In this document: one piece after another, positions 39,631 through 51,608 of the stretch
Numbering within the stretch: the first letter of the stretch is position 1
Layout: every line of letters starts with the position of its first letter
DNA from: Zygnema circumcarinatum SAG 698-1b
Lineage: Eukaryota; Plantae; Zygnematophyceae
Direction: 5' to 3'
Length of the DNA stretch: 64,000 nt
Assembly (NCBI GenBank): GCA_037447605.1
Contig: CM074810.1
Coordinates: 2,514,880 to 2,578,879 of the forward strand
Position numbers and translations under genes: made by a program
The notes under the pieces: generated by a model
Databases searched by the model: none
Told to the model about the DNA's origin: nothing
What the model saw: only the letters and a program-made list of their open reading frames with translations

Positions 39631-40392
39631 CGGAAACTTGAGCAGAAATTGCGTCCGGATTTGCGACCCGGTTCACACTCCTTGACTTTAGCAAGCAGGA
39701 TTTGGCCCCCGCGCCGGAATATATGTAGGTAAAGGTTGCGCAGTTTGCCGTAGACTTGCAGAGATTGCAGCAGTCCTGCTTGGTGGAAACGTTCAATTGC
39801 TGCTTTACATCGAACCCACGGGAGTCCACTCCTTCCTCATATGTGCAGGAGCCTCCAGTCACTGAACCCAAAAAAAAAAAAAAAAAAAAAAAAAAGAAAG
39901 GGTCAAAACCTTTAATCAGCCAATGGAGTTAATCAGAAATATGCTATTTTAAGGCGAAAATCAGAAAGGAATTAAAAAAAGTGAGGAATTAAGTGCTGAA
40001 GAATTAAAGCATGAAAGAGTGCTTTTGGGGTTTACCAGAGGTGCCGGTAACCATGTTCGGGCTCGGAATGCGGTTGTTTGTTGCGTATTTTAAGAAGCAT
40101 TTTCCCGCTTTCGGGCCCGTCTTGTAGTACGTAAAGCCGGCGCATTTCACGGAGGTGCTGCACCAATAGCAGCAGCCCTCCTTGTTGGGGAAGTCGGCGG
40201 GGTCAGGTTGCGAGAAAAGGGGGTACTCGAACCCTTCGTCAAAAATGCATTGGCCTGCAAAAGGGAAAACGTCAAGTTTAAGTTCAAGTTTAACATGAAA
40301 ACCAGATTTCTGATTTCTGGACATTGGAGTTCGAACAGAATCTTGTTATGGGAGTAGAAAGTGGAAAGGTGACGGGGGGGGAAAGGGAGAGC

Positions 40393-40432
<40 letters not shown>

Positions 40433-40444
40433 GAGCGAGAGAGA

Positions 40445-40475
<31 letters not shown>

Positions 40476-41573
40476 AGAGAGCGAGGAAGAGAGAGAGAGA
40501 GAGAGAGCAAAAGAAACGGAAAGTAAATGCTAACATTAAACCAAGAAAACCAAGTTCGAAATTGACAAATTGACAAGTCATACAAACGAAGCTCCTACTC
40601 TACTCGTACTACTACTACTACTACTCCTACTACTACTACCACAACTACTACTACTACTGGTCCTTGTACCCACCGGTGGCAATTGCTGACATGGCGCGCG
40701 CGTCGGGCGCCACGTCGCCCATGGTCGCCTTGAGGACGCACTTCCTGGCGTCCGGCCCCGCGGCGAAGTACGTGTACGCGATGCAGCCGACCGCCGCGAG
40801 GCACTCGAGGGTGCACGCCTCGCGGCTCGGGACGCCGGGGAGGACCGAGAGGTCGTCGCCCAGGTAGGCCACGCCGTCCTGGAACGTGCACCCTGCAGGG
40901 AGGGAGGGAGGGGAGGGAGGGGAGGGAGGGAGGGAGGGAGGGAGGAAGAGGAAAGGAAGGAAGAAAGAAACGGGGAGGTGAAGGGTCAGAAAGGGGGAAC
41001 GAAATGGAGCCTAGAATGATCAGGAATGATTAGGTAAATAAAAAGAGAAATTGAGGAGGGCCTCTCCCTCCTTCCGCAAATGTTTCCCCCTCTCCCCCTC
41101 TTATTTTATCTGTACTAAAGATTGCTCTCTCGCCCATGGCCAGCTCCCACTTCATTTTCCCTACGGTCCTTACTATCCTCTCTTAGCTTTTTGTCACCCC
41201 CTTACTGGACGCCTCTCCTATCAGTCCTCTCTCTCATCTCCTCGTGGTTCTATTCACTCTATTTTATATCTTTCTCTTTCCCTTTATCCCTCCTTCTGTC
41301 TCTCTCTCTCGTCTCAATGTCCGCCTCTCTCATACATGATTCTCCCCCTCTCTCTCTCTCTCTTTCTCTCTACCCCACCTCTCTCTGCCTCTCTCCTCGC
41401 TGCCCCTCAGCCCACCCCTCCCTCCCTTCCCCCTCTCCAAATTCAGCCACACTCCTTCCACTCCCACCTGCAACGCTGCTGACGAGCACGACGAAGGCGA
41501 GCAGCCTCCCCACCGCCATGGCTGGCCCCTCCTGGCTCCTTCTTCTTTCGGCGCTCCTGAAAATTCTCGCCAT
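39631..41573 (-). CDS. Secreted triple PAN/Apple-domain protein, paralog 4
   Basis: Exons: 41573 (or 41519)-41468 (MAVGRLLAFVVLVSSVA signal), 40892-40674 (A, with CT in place of CC), 40254-40036 (B), 39861-39631 (C). All introns are phase 1 GT-AG. The terminal exon possibly ends at TAA 39502. Confidence 0.87.
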
Positions 41574-44500
41574 GTCTTCTCGAATTCAAACTCCCTACGA
41601 TACAGCCTCGAGAGGGCGAGAGAGAGGGAGGGAGAGAGGGAGAGAGGGCGCTGTATAAACAAACGAGCGAGCCACCGAGCGGGTGAGCTAGTGAGAGGGA
41701 GAGAGTGAGAGAGCAGAGGGAGAGCGAGAGAGAGATCAACGGGAAAGAGAGAGAGGGAGGGAGAGAGTGTGGAGAGAGAGGGAGGCGCGCGGAATGTAAA
41801 GCGGCGGCCGCCAGGTGAAACGTGCCGCCCGGGCGGCCCACGTGGCGACAAATTATGGCCGGCCCTTCCCGCATGCCCGCCGGACGCGCTCCAGCCTGGC
41901 GGCCCGCACGTGCCGGATCTCCGTACGCCTAGGGCGTACGAAAGGTTGGACGGAACGACGGTTCGTACAACGTACGAAAACTGACGGTCCAGCAAAATGG
42001 GTTGACTGAAGCGAGCTGCACGGCCACGTGGCGCAATGTGAATGGTCGTCGAGAACCAGATGTCGGTTGGTTTGGACGGATGTGGGATAGGAGGAGTTCA
42101 TGCGGACGGACGAGATTGGGGAGCTGTACGAAGAGGAGGACGCGTGGCAGTGTAATGGGAGTACCGACAATTTGGGTTTTGGACGGATGGATAAAGACGG
42201 TTTTTGCCGACGCCTGATTGGCGTTTGGCAGTTTCTAGGACCGGAAAATAATGCAAGGGGGGATAACGGTCGCGGTGGGACTTTAATTTGGGAAGGGACT
42301 TTACTTAAAAGACAAAGCTGGAAAATGACGGTTGGGACGGAGTCGTTGGAAAGGACAGGAAAGTGTACAAACGACGGTTGGGTCTTTGTCGCTTTCTGGG
42401 GTGGCGAGCAGCGGAGCGGGCCGGGGAATTTTTTTTGCTTCGGGCGGTCATTTATGGAGAAGGAGGAACGGAAGTAGGTTCGGGCAGCTGGAAATTTTTT
42501 CAACGTAGGCTGTTTGGAAATTTGGAGGATTTTTTTTTCTAATTATTTTTTGGAGTTTTCTGGAAGTACAAGATTTCTGATTTTCAGTGTTTGGGATTCT
42601 GGTTTATTGGAAGGTGTTGCATATTATAATGGCCGGGAGAATAAACTTGAAATATTTTTTTATACATTTTATTTTTGACATTTTTTCGTGTGTTCTCATT
42701 GGTCAGTTTCTTTTTCCGTCCTAGGCTCTCTTTGAAACGTGGGAACCGTAAAATTTTGGGAGGCCCAAAATCGCAGTTTTTTTAGTACCAAATAGTTTGA
42801 ATTTGAACCTTTCCGGCACGCGTGATGCCTAGTTTTTCTGTGTGAAGTCTGAGGTTCTTAGGTTCTGCAAATGAAATGCCGCAGAATTTGCGCAAAACCT
42901 ACCAGAAGTGGGCGGCAAAGCCTGTCGTTTAGCGACTCAGAAAACAGCTGACGTATGCTGAAGCGTACGGTAAAGAACGACTAGCACGTAATTTCTGTTC
43001 GTGACGTACCGAAACGACAAAAAATTGCGATCGAACAGATTGAAACTCTGTCTTTTTCCGTTGGCCATGGAAAAAATATTACAACGATGTTCACTACGGT
43101 ACAAAAATACAATCATATGCGACAGTTTGCGCCGCTATCGACAAGATCCAAATAATTGCTTTTCTGCTCGCATCCGTTTGGACCTGCAAAATCCAAGTTT
43201 CGGTCAAGATCCAAAAAAAGATTGTGGCTGCCCCGGCCAGGTCCTGCAAATAGAGCCGCTAGCGACAAAATGTCGATATTAAAAGTTTTTCGTCGCTTTT
43301 GGGCACGTAGCAGGACAGCTGACCGCCGGATTCCGTGAAATAGGGAATGCCTACTAGGTGGAAACACGTGTCTGCCTGCGACTGCCGTGGAGTCAAGTCG
43401 GATCGAGCGACAAGTTGCTAAAGTAACCACGTGGCAGTCACGTGGCCGATCGTACGAACAAGCAGTAAATCGGACGGTATTCCGGAAATCTGGGCCTTGT
43501 ATGGCGTCATAGTGACGCCACCCTTTAGGGGAGTTTGACTGGATCTCACCTTAACCGCATGCGGCGCGGTTTTTGAGAAAATCTTGTACTAACGACAAAA
43601 TATTTGACTCGTAGGACTGTCGGTACGTGGCCAGCATTTTTTGGCGGAGAGAACACGTGGAGATATTTGATTCGCTGGGGGGAAGGTTGATTGGAGCGTA
43701 CGGGAAGGACAAAGTGAACCCAATCCTAGGTTTGTCGTGACATGTCGGTTTTGTCGGTTTTGGCGATGCGCTGGAAAGCCTCTGCTCGACAGCACCGTAT
43801 GGCTCGTCCGGAATTCGCGGGTCCTATGGAACCGTGGCACGTGTGGAAGACTTTTTTGGCGTCACTTGACAGGTGGGGCCCGCCAGCGGCCAAATACTGG
43901 CGATTTTAACGGCCTTAATTTTGAAATTTATGGTTCAAATTTTATGGAACAATGCATTTAAAAAATGGGGTGTAACGGCCGGTGCGAACTGTTCGGGCGG
44001 GACTAGGCTGACCAATGATTGGTGACGGCAAAGGCGGTGGAAGTGTTTCCGTACGTGCAAACGTGTCAGATCGTGATTGGCCAGGTAGAATGTAATGAAT
44101 GCATTCTACCTTGAAGTCAACGTATGTCGAACAGGCGTTAAGGCCAATCAAAACCTGCCACGTGTCAGAGAAGTTTCAATTTAGCCCTAGCCCTGTCGCT
44201 TCGCCGTAGGCTCTGGCCGTACGGAATACAACCGTTCTTTGAGCCTCCGCTTTTCCGACGGAACGCAGACGTCACACGGATTATTTCAGCGTCGTGTGTT
44301 CACGGGTGTCGTGAGGGCCCGTTTCACCAACGTGGCGCCGACGTGGTGCCGACGTGGATGCCACGTAGGTATAATGCCTTACGAGGCGTTGAGAGTTCCA
44401 GATAGCGTGATGACACGTTCCAATCGAGCTTGGCCACGTGGTTGCCAGGGATCCCTCATGTCACGTACGATGCTGCTGCCACGCTGGCGCCTAGCTATCG

Positions 44501-45612
44501 ATCCGCCGCCGCTCATTGTAGCGGTTCACAGCAAATCGGTGGCGACGAGGGCCACGTGGCGAGCACTGATTGGTGTTAGGCCTGCCCTGTCCCCTAACTG
44601 CCGCCGTGACGGAGGGCTTCCATGTGGGGCGTGTCCGTGTCAGTTTCAGCGACGTCACATGTGCAAAACGGAAGGGACACGTCATGGGGACGGCCCTCTG
44701 CAACACGTTGCATGTTGCATGTTTCATGTTGCATGTTCCATGTTGCATGTTGCATGTTTCACACTGTAAATGAACGCTCGCTACTTGATTCACCTTCAAC
44801 AGTTTATGAATTCCATTTGAAGGTGAGCCGCTTTAAAAGGTAGTAACGAATAGCTCTGTAATTTAATAAGCGGGCATTCACATGGAGGTAGTCGTTGGCC
44901 GTTCCTCCGCCAGTCAAAGTCATCCATAGAACACCATTATCTCTCAGTTTTCCGTAACTTACAATATTTTTTTTATTTTCTAACTAGTAGTGAAGTTTTT
45001 TTTAAGAAAGTTTAACCTTCATAAAGTGAAGTAAAGCCTTAATTCGTCAATTGAGTATCCATAAAGTCAAGCACCGCAAACAAGGTTTCGTTTCACGAAC
45101 CTTGATAAAGTTAAGCATAGCTCCTCGAAAATTGGTCACATAAATTTCGCTTAAGCAGAGATTGGAAACGATTTGCTGGCTCCTACAAAAATGCGAGCCC
45201 TCTAAAAAACGGAACTGAAACTGAACGCGCGAAAAACTGAGCACATAAATCATCACAGCCTCCAACCTTTCACCTGCCTTTCACTTTCCGTGTTCAAAAC
45301 GGGCAAAAAAAAAAGGTTACCGTACAAGCGAGATTCGCTAGCGAATCTCTCACATAAATATGAACCAAGAACGGTCCAACTGTGCGGCATGGAACACCAA
45401 AAAACTCAAACTCTATCTCTTATTCCGTGTTTCCGTTTCAGTTCCCTGTCAGTTTCCGTTCCGTTCCAGTTCCAATGCCGGTACCAGTTTTTCCATGTCC
45501 CCTTTCATATTTTACTGCGTGAAATTTTCAATCATGAAAATTTCAAATGGTGGCGGTTCAATTTTTGTTTTTTTTCATAATTTTTCCTATCCTACAACCC
45601 ATTTCAAATGCT

Positions 45613-48585
45613 TTAGTTCACGACGATAATTCCTTTTCCGTCGACGCATGAAACAAGGTATGAAGGTTTCCGAGAATCGTCCCATCCTCTGAACCCCCAA
45701 CACCCCTCCAACCCCCCATGACGTCATTTGTGCACAAAACCTAACCCTTGAACCCTAATTTTAAAACCTTCTCACCCTCGTCTTGAACCTGAACTTTTTA
45801 ATCTTTTTTTTCAGGATTAAGGGTTTAGGGTTTTAGCTCTGACCGGCATTCGAGGCCCAAAGGAGGATGAAAGTAGCACGGCTCCGTCGATATTTGGCGC
45901 GCACAGACCGGGCGGCTGCAACGGAACAATGCGCACATGGAACCTCAGCATGGAAACCCTAAAACTGTACGGACGGAGCAGATCACCAGGCAACATGGAA
46001 ACCCTAAAACTGTGCAGATGGAGCAGGTGCGGCACCATGGAAACCCTAAAACTGTGCAGATGGAGGAGATGCGGCAACATAGAAACCCTAAAACTGTGCA
46101 GATGGAGCAGGTGCGGCACCATGGAAACCCTAAAACTGTGCAGATGGAGGAGATGCGGCAACATAGAAACCCTAAAACTGTGCAGATGGAGCAGGTGCGG
46201 CACCATGGAAACCCTAAAACTGTGCAGATGGAGGAGATGCGGCAACATAGAAACCCTAAAACTGTGCAGATGGAGCAGGTGCGGCACCATGGAAACCCTA
46301 AAACTGTGCAGATGGAGGAGATGCGGCAACATAGAAACCCTAAAACTGTGCAGATGGAGCAGGTGAGGCACCATGGAAACCCTAAAACAGATAACAAGCA
46401 GGGAAGGCCCAAATACGATCTTGGTGAGGGACGGAAAGGGCGACAAAGGAAGTGCGAAGGGAGGAGAGAGGGAGAGGGGAGAGGGGAGAGGGGGAGGGGG
46501 AGAGGGGAAAGGGGAGAGGGGAGAGGGGAGAGGGGAGAGAGGGGAGGGGGAGGGGGAGGGGGAGGGGAGGGGAGGGGGAGAGGGGGAGGGGAGGGAGGGA
46601 GGGGAGGGGGAGGGGAGAGGGGGAGGGGGAGAGGGGAGAGGGGAGAGGGGGAGGGGGGAGGGGGAGAGGGGGAGGGGGAGAGGGGAGAGGGGAGAGGGGA
46701 GAGGGGAGAGGGGAGAGGGGAAAGGGGAGAGGGGAGAGGGGAGAGGGGGAGGGGGAGAGGGGAAAGGGGAGAGGGGAGAGGGGAGAGGGGGAGGGGGAGG
46801 GGGAGGGGGAGGGGGAGGGGGAGAGGGGGGAGAGGGGGAGGGGGAGGGGGAGAGGGGAGAGGGGGAGGGGGAGAGGGGGAGAGGGAGGGAGGGAGGGGGA
46901 GAGGGGGAGGGGGAGGGGAGGAGAGGGGAGAGGGAGAGGGGAGAGGGCGAGGGAGGAGGGGGTAGAGAAAGAGATGGAGAGTGTTGGAGAGGGAGAGAGA
47001 AAGAAAGAGTGAGAGAAGAGAGAGAGACCACTCTCACCCTTTCTTTGGTATCCGTTCCGCTGAAAAATGGAAGGCGTGGAGTCCTCCGAGCCCGGCAGCG
47101 ATGTATCCGAAGGACGAGCGGTCCGTCGTCACGATCTCATCCCTGGGGGAAAAAAAAACAAAAAACACAAAAAAATACAAAAGTAAGAAGTGAAAATTGA
47201 GAAAAATCTCCGACGCTAGCTTCAAAACTTGACCAAACAACGAGGGCAGTTGAGATTTTTTATGTTTGTCTTTTCCTCCTTTATTTCCTTTTATCGAGTT
47301 TCCTCTTTTTTTGCCCTTTTTTTTTCTGTTTTTATCTTTCCTCACTCACACAAAGCTCAGTAGCCACATTTCCGTGAAGGCCTCCTGCGCCGCATCCTGG
47401 TTTCCGCGAAGCTGCTGACCAGTGGCGCTTTCCATGTGCACAGTTACGAAGGTCCCGTCCTCCGTTGGACTCTCCGCATAGAGCCGCTGCAGGAAGTCAA
47501 AGTACTCGCGATGGAGGGAGGCCACGAGGATGGAGGTGGTCTCCACCGTCGGAGGATGGCTGCGTCACAGTAAGCCCAAGCTCAGACTCTCCCTCTCCCC
47601 ACTCTCCTCTTCCCTCTCCCCTTCACCTTCCCCTCCCTCCTCCCCACTCCCCCCTCCTCCCTTCACTCCCCCTTTCCTCCCTTCTCTCCCCCCTTCCCTC
47701 TTCCCTCCTTCTTCCCCCCTNNNNNNNNNNAGAGGGAGGGAGGGAGGGGGGGAGAGGGGGAGAGGGGGAGGGGGAGGGGGAGAGGGAGAGGGAGAGGGAG
47801 AGGGCGAGGGAGGAGGGGGTAGAGAAAGAGATGGAGAGTGTTGGAGAGGGAGAGAGAAAGAAAGAGTGAGAGAAGAGAGAGAGACCACTCTCACCCTTTC
47901 TTTGGTATCCGTTCCGCTGAAAAATGGAAGGCGTGGAGTCCTCCGAGCCCGGCAGCGATGTATCCGAAGGACGAGCGGTCCGTCGTCACGATCTCATCCC
48001 TGGGGGAAAAAAAAACAAAAAACACAAAAAAATACAAAAGTAAGAAGTGAAAATTGAGAAAAATCTCCGACGCTAGCTTCAAAACTTGACCAAACAACGA
48101 GGGCAGTTGAGATTTTTTATGTTTGTCTTTTCCTCCTTTATTTCCTTTTATCGAGTTTCCTCTTTTTTTGCCCTTTTTTTCTGTTTTTATCTTTCCTCAC
48201 TCACACAAAGCTCAGTAGCCACATTTCCGTGAAGGCCTCCTGCGCCGCATCCTGGTTTCCGCGAAGCTGCTGACCAGTGGCGCTTTCCATGTGCACAGTT
48301 ACGAAGGTCCCGTCCTCCGTTGGACTCTCCGCATAGAGCCGCTGCAGGAAGTCAAAGTACTCGCGATGGAGGGAGGCCACGAGGATGGAGGTGGTCTCCA
48401 CCGTCGGAGGATGGCTGCGTCACAGTAAGCCCAAGCTCAGACTCTCCCTCTCCCCACTCTCCTCTTCCCTCTCCCCTTCACCTTCCCCTCCCTCCTCCCC
48501 ACTCCCCCCTCCTCCCTTCACTCCCCCTTTCCTCCCTTCTCTCCCCCCTTCCCTCTTCCCTCCTTCTTCCCCCCTNNNNNNNNNN

Positions 48586-48650
<65 letters not shown>

Positions 48651-49070
48651 TCCCTCCCTCCCTCTCTCTCTCAAACCAACAGAGTGGGTGCGAGTGCCCT
48701 CCCCACCTGGTGTGATTCCCCGCCATCTCCGCCCCTCTCCCCCCCTCTCTCTCTCCCTCTCCCTCCCCCCTCATCGCCTCCTCCCACTCCCTCCCCGGCA
48801 GCGGCCTCGGTGCGAGTCCCCGTCCGAGTGCGCACTCGGCGAGCCGCGAACAGCGGTCGGCCCACGCCTCGCCCAAAGGGTCGCGGAGACGCAACTGCAG
48901 GCAAGGGCCAAGGGGAAAGAGGAGAGGGCGTCAGAGGGTCTCTCTCTCTCTCTCGTTCTTTCTCTCTCTCTCTCTCTCGATCATTTTTTCTCTCTCTCTC
49001 TCTCTTTATCTCTCTCTCTCTCGATCTTTCTCTCTCTCTCTCTCTCTCTCGGTCTCTCTCTCTCTCGGTC

Positions 49071-49104
<34 letters not shown>

Positions 49105-51420
49105 GATCTCAGTCGCTCTCTCTCTCTCTCGCTCTCTCCCTCTCTCTGTCGGTTTCTTTGGGGGTGTCAGCCTCTGTCTGTCTGTTCGACTTAGGGTTTG
49201 GGTTTGTTTGGGTCGTAGGGTTTGTAGGGTTGGTCGGTCGGCTCTGTCAGTACTGGGTATCGTCTCTGTATCTCTCTATCTCTCCCTCGCTGTCTCGTCT
49301 TCTCCCTGCCCCTCTCTCTCCCTCCCTCTCTGACTGAACGTATTAGCTTTTCTCTGTCGCTTTCTCGCGATTCCTCTCTCTCCTCTCATCTCTGTTTCCC
49401 TCTCTCCGCCTCCCTCTCCTTCTCTCTCCCCCTCCGCTTCCCCTTGTCTTGGCTCTCTCTGTGTCTCACCCCCACTTGCCCCCTTTTTCCCTGCTTCTCC
49501 CTTTCCCTCTCCCTCTGTCCTCCCCCCCTCTCTCTCTCTCTGAGTCCCTCCCCTCTTCCTCTACCTCTTGCCTACTTTCCATCGCCTTCTCCCACTTTCT
49601 CTTTCTCTCCTTACCTTGTCCCCTCTGTTACCTTCTCCCTCCTACACCTGACTTTTTACCTCCCTCCCTCCCTCCCTCCAGAACAGAACAGAAATTTCAA
49701 ACCCTAAATCCACCATCCTAATCTTCACCTCAAAAAAAGTCAGAAAAATTAACCAGAACTTCCGAACCCTACGTTTTGTACCTTAAAGCCTATCTCTCCA
49801 TATAAGGGTAACATTAAAACGTACCTGAATTCCCAGAAGTCGATCATCTAAGTACTTATGAGACAGTCTCGTAATTCGCTCCCACAGATAATTATTTGGG
49901 AGCAAAATTGTATGCGCCAAATGGGAAAATACGATCCTGTTCAAAGTAAAATGCAGGAAATGCACTTCTAAGTGTCAATAGGTGAAATGGGGAAATAAGA
50001 AAAGTTTTCAAGTATTCAACTCTATTTCTGCTGAACAGGGTTGTGATAATTCTCTTGTTGTTAGGGTCTGTGTTTGAGTGTCCAAAACGTTAATCCAAGC
50101 ATTGTAAAGTTTTTGATTAGGCACATTAGGGTAAGATTAGGGTTGGAATTAGGGTGAGGATGAGGTTGGAAATAGGACTAGGTTCAGGGTTAGAATTAGG
50201 GTAAAGGTTGGGCTGAAAGTAGCGTTACAGATAGGAGTTAGGGTTAGGGTTAGGGTTGGGATCAGGGTTAGAGTTAGGGTTAGGGTTAGGGTTAGAGTTA
50301 GGGTTAGGGTTAGGGTTAGGGTTAGGGTTAGGGTTAGGGTTAGGGTTAGGGTTAGGGTTAGGGTTAGGGTTAGGGTTAGGGTTAGGGTTAGGGTTAAATT
50401 TAGGGTTAGGATTAGGGTTAAAATTAGGGTTAGGGCCATGGTTACGTTTTGAGTTAGGGTTAAAAGGTAAAGGTTAAGTCCACTACTAGGTTCAGAGTTG
50501 AACTGAGCAGAGGGTCTTCCCGGGTTCAGCTTTAACTCCCTCCACTGAATTCAGAACCTCAAATTTGATCGAAACACCATTTTTCTTTTTGAGTTTTTCT
50601 CCAAAAACCTCACCTGTCCGGAAATAGTCGCTCTAATTCCGGTCGAAACCTGCTCATAAGCCACAGCGCGTTTGCAAAATATTGGCCGGACTTTATCATG
50701 ACGAGAGGGACGGCTTCAAGTGCTGCTTGCGAATCGTCGCAGAAAAAAGGATAATCCGGTTTTTGAAATTTTCCGGTCACGTCTAAAAAAGCACGGGGGG
50801 TGCTTTTACCCTCGTTGAAGTTGGTCAGAACTTGGGAAATTCTGCGGGCAGGGAGAGGGGAAAAAATGAGGGGGAAGGGGGAGGGGGGGGGGGGGGATGG
50901 GGGTTTGAATAGTGGGGAGGGAGAGGGAGAGAGGGAAGGAGAGCGAGGGAGGAGAGGAGGGATAGGAAGGGAGAGGAGTTGAATGATGGGGAGAAGACAA
51001 GGGTGGAGAAGGGGCAATGGCATGGAGGGGTTGGGAGTGGGAGGGGGATAGAGCTGGGTAGGAAGAGAAGGAGAGTGAGAGTGGGGGAGGAGAGAGAGGG
51101 AGAGGGGGAAGAGAGACGGAGAGTGGGAGGGAGAAAGAGAGAGGGAGAGAGAGGGAGAGAGAGAGGGAGAGAAAAACCTTGCCTTGGCTCGTCAGGCAGA
51201 ACCTTCATGAGGCGCTTAAACGCCTTTTTTGGAATCCACCACGAGGACCGCCCCTCGAAGGGATCGCACAGAAGGTGCTACCAACGGAACCGGAACATGG
51301 AAACGTGAGAGAGGAGAGAGGGAGGGGGGAGCGAGGGAGAGAGAGGGAAGAAAGAGAGAGAGAGAGAGATGCAAAAGATCCAGTCGGAGGTGAGCGACAA
51401 GGACACCCCCGAGAGAGAGA

Positions 51421-51472
<52 letters not shown>

Positions 51473-51575
51473 GAGAGAGAGGGTGATAGACAGAGAGAGA
51501 GAGACAGAGTGACAGAAGGAGAGAGAGAGACACGGAAAGGTTTCCAGTTAGGTGATCGAAAAGGATATGATGGGG

Positions 51576-51608
<33 letters not shown>

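Noticed and set aside
45817-47037. 406-aa ORF with ([14 protein letters not shown])n
   Set aside because: Intronic microsatellite plus the 42-bp minisatellite; the true FUT exon ([12 protein letters not shown]) is in another frame.
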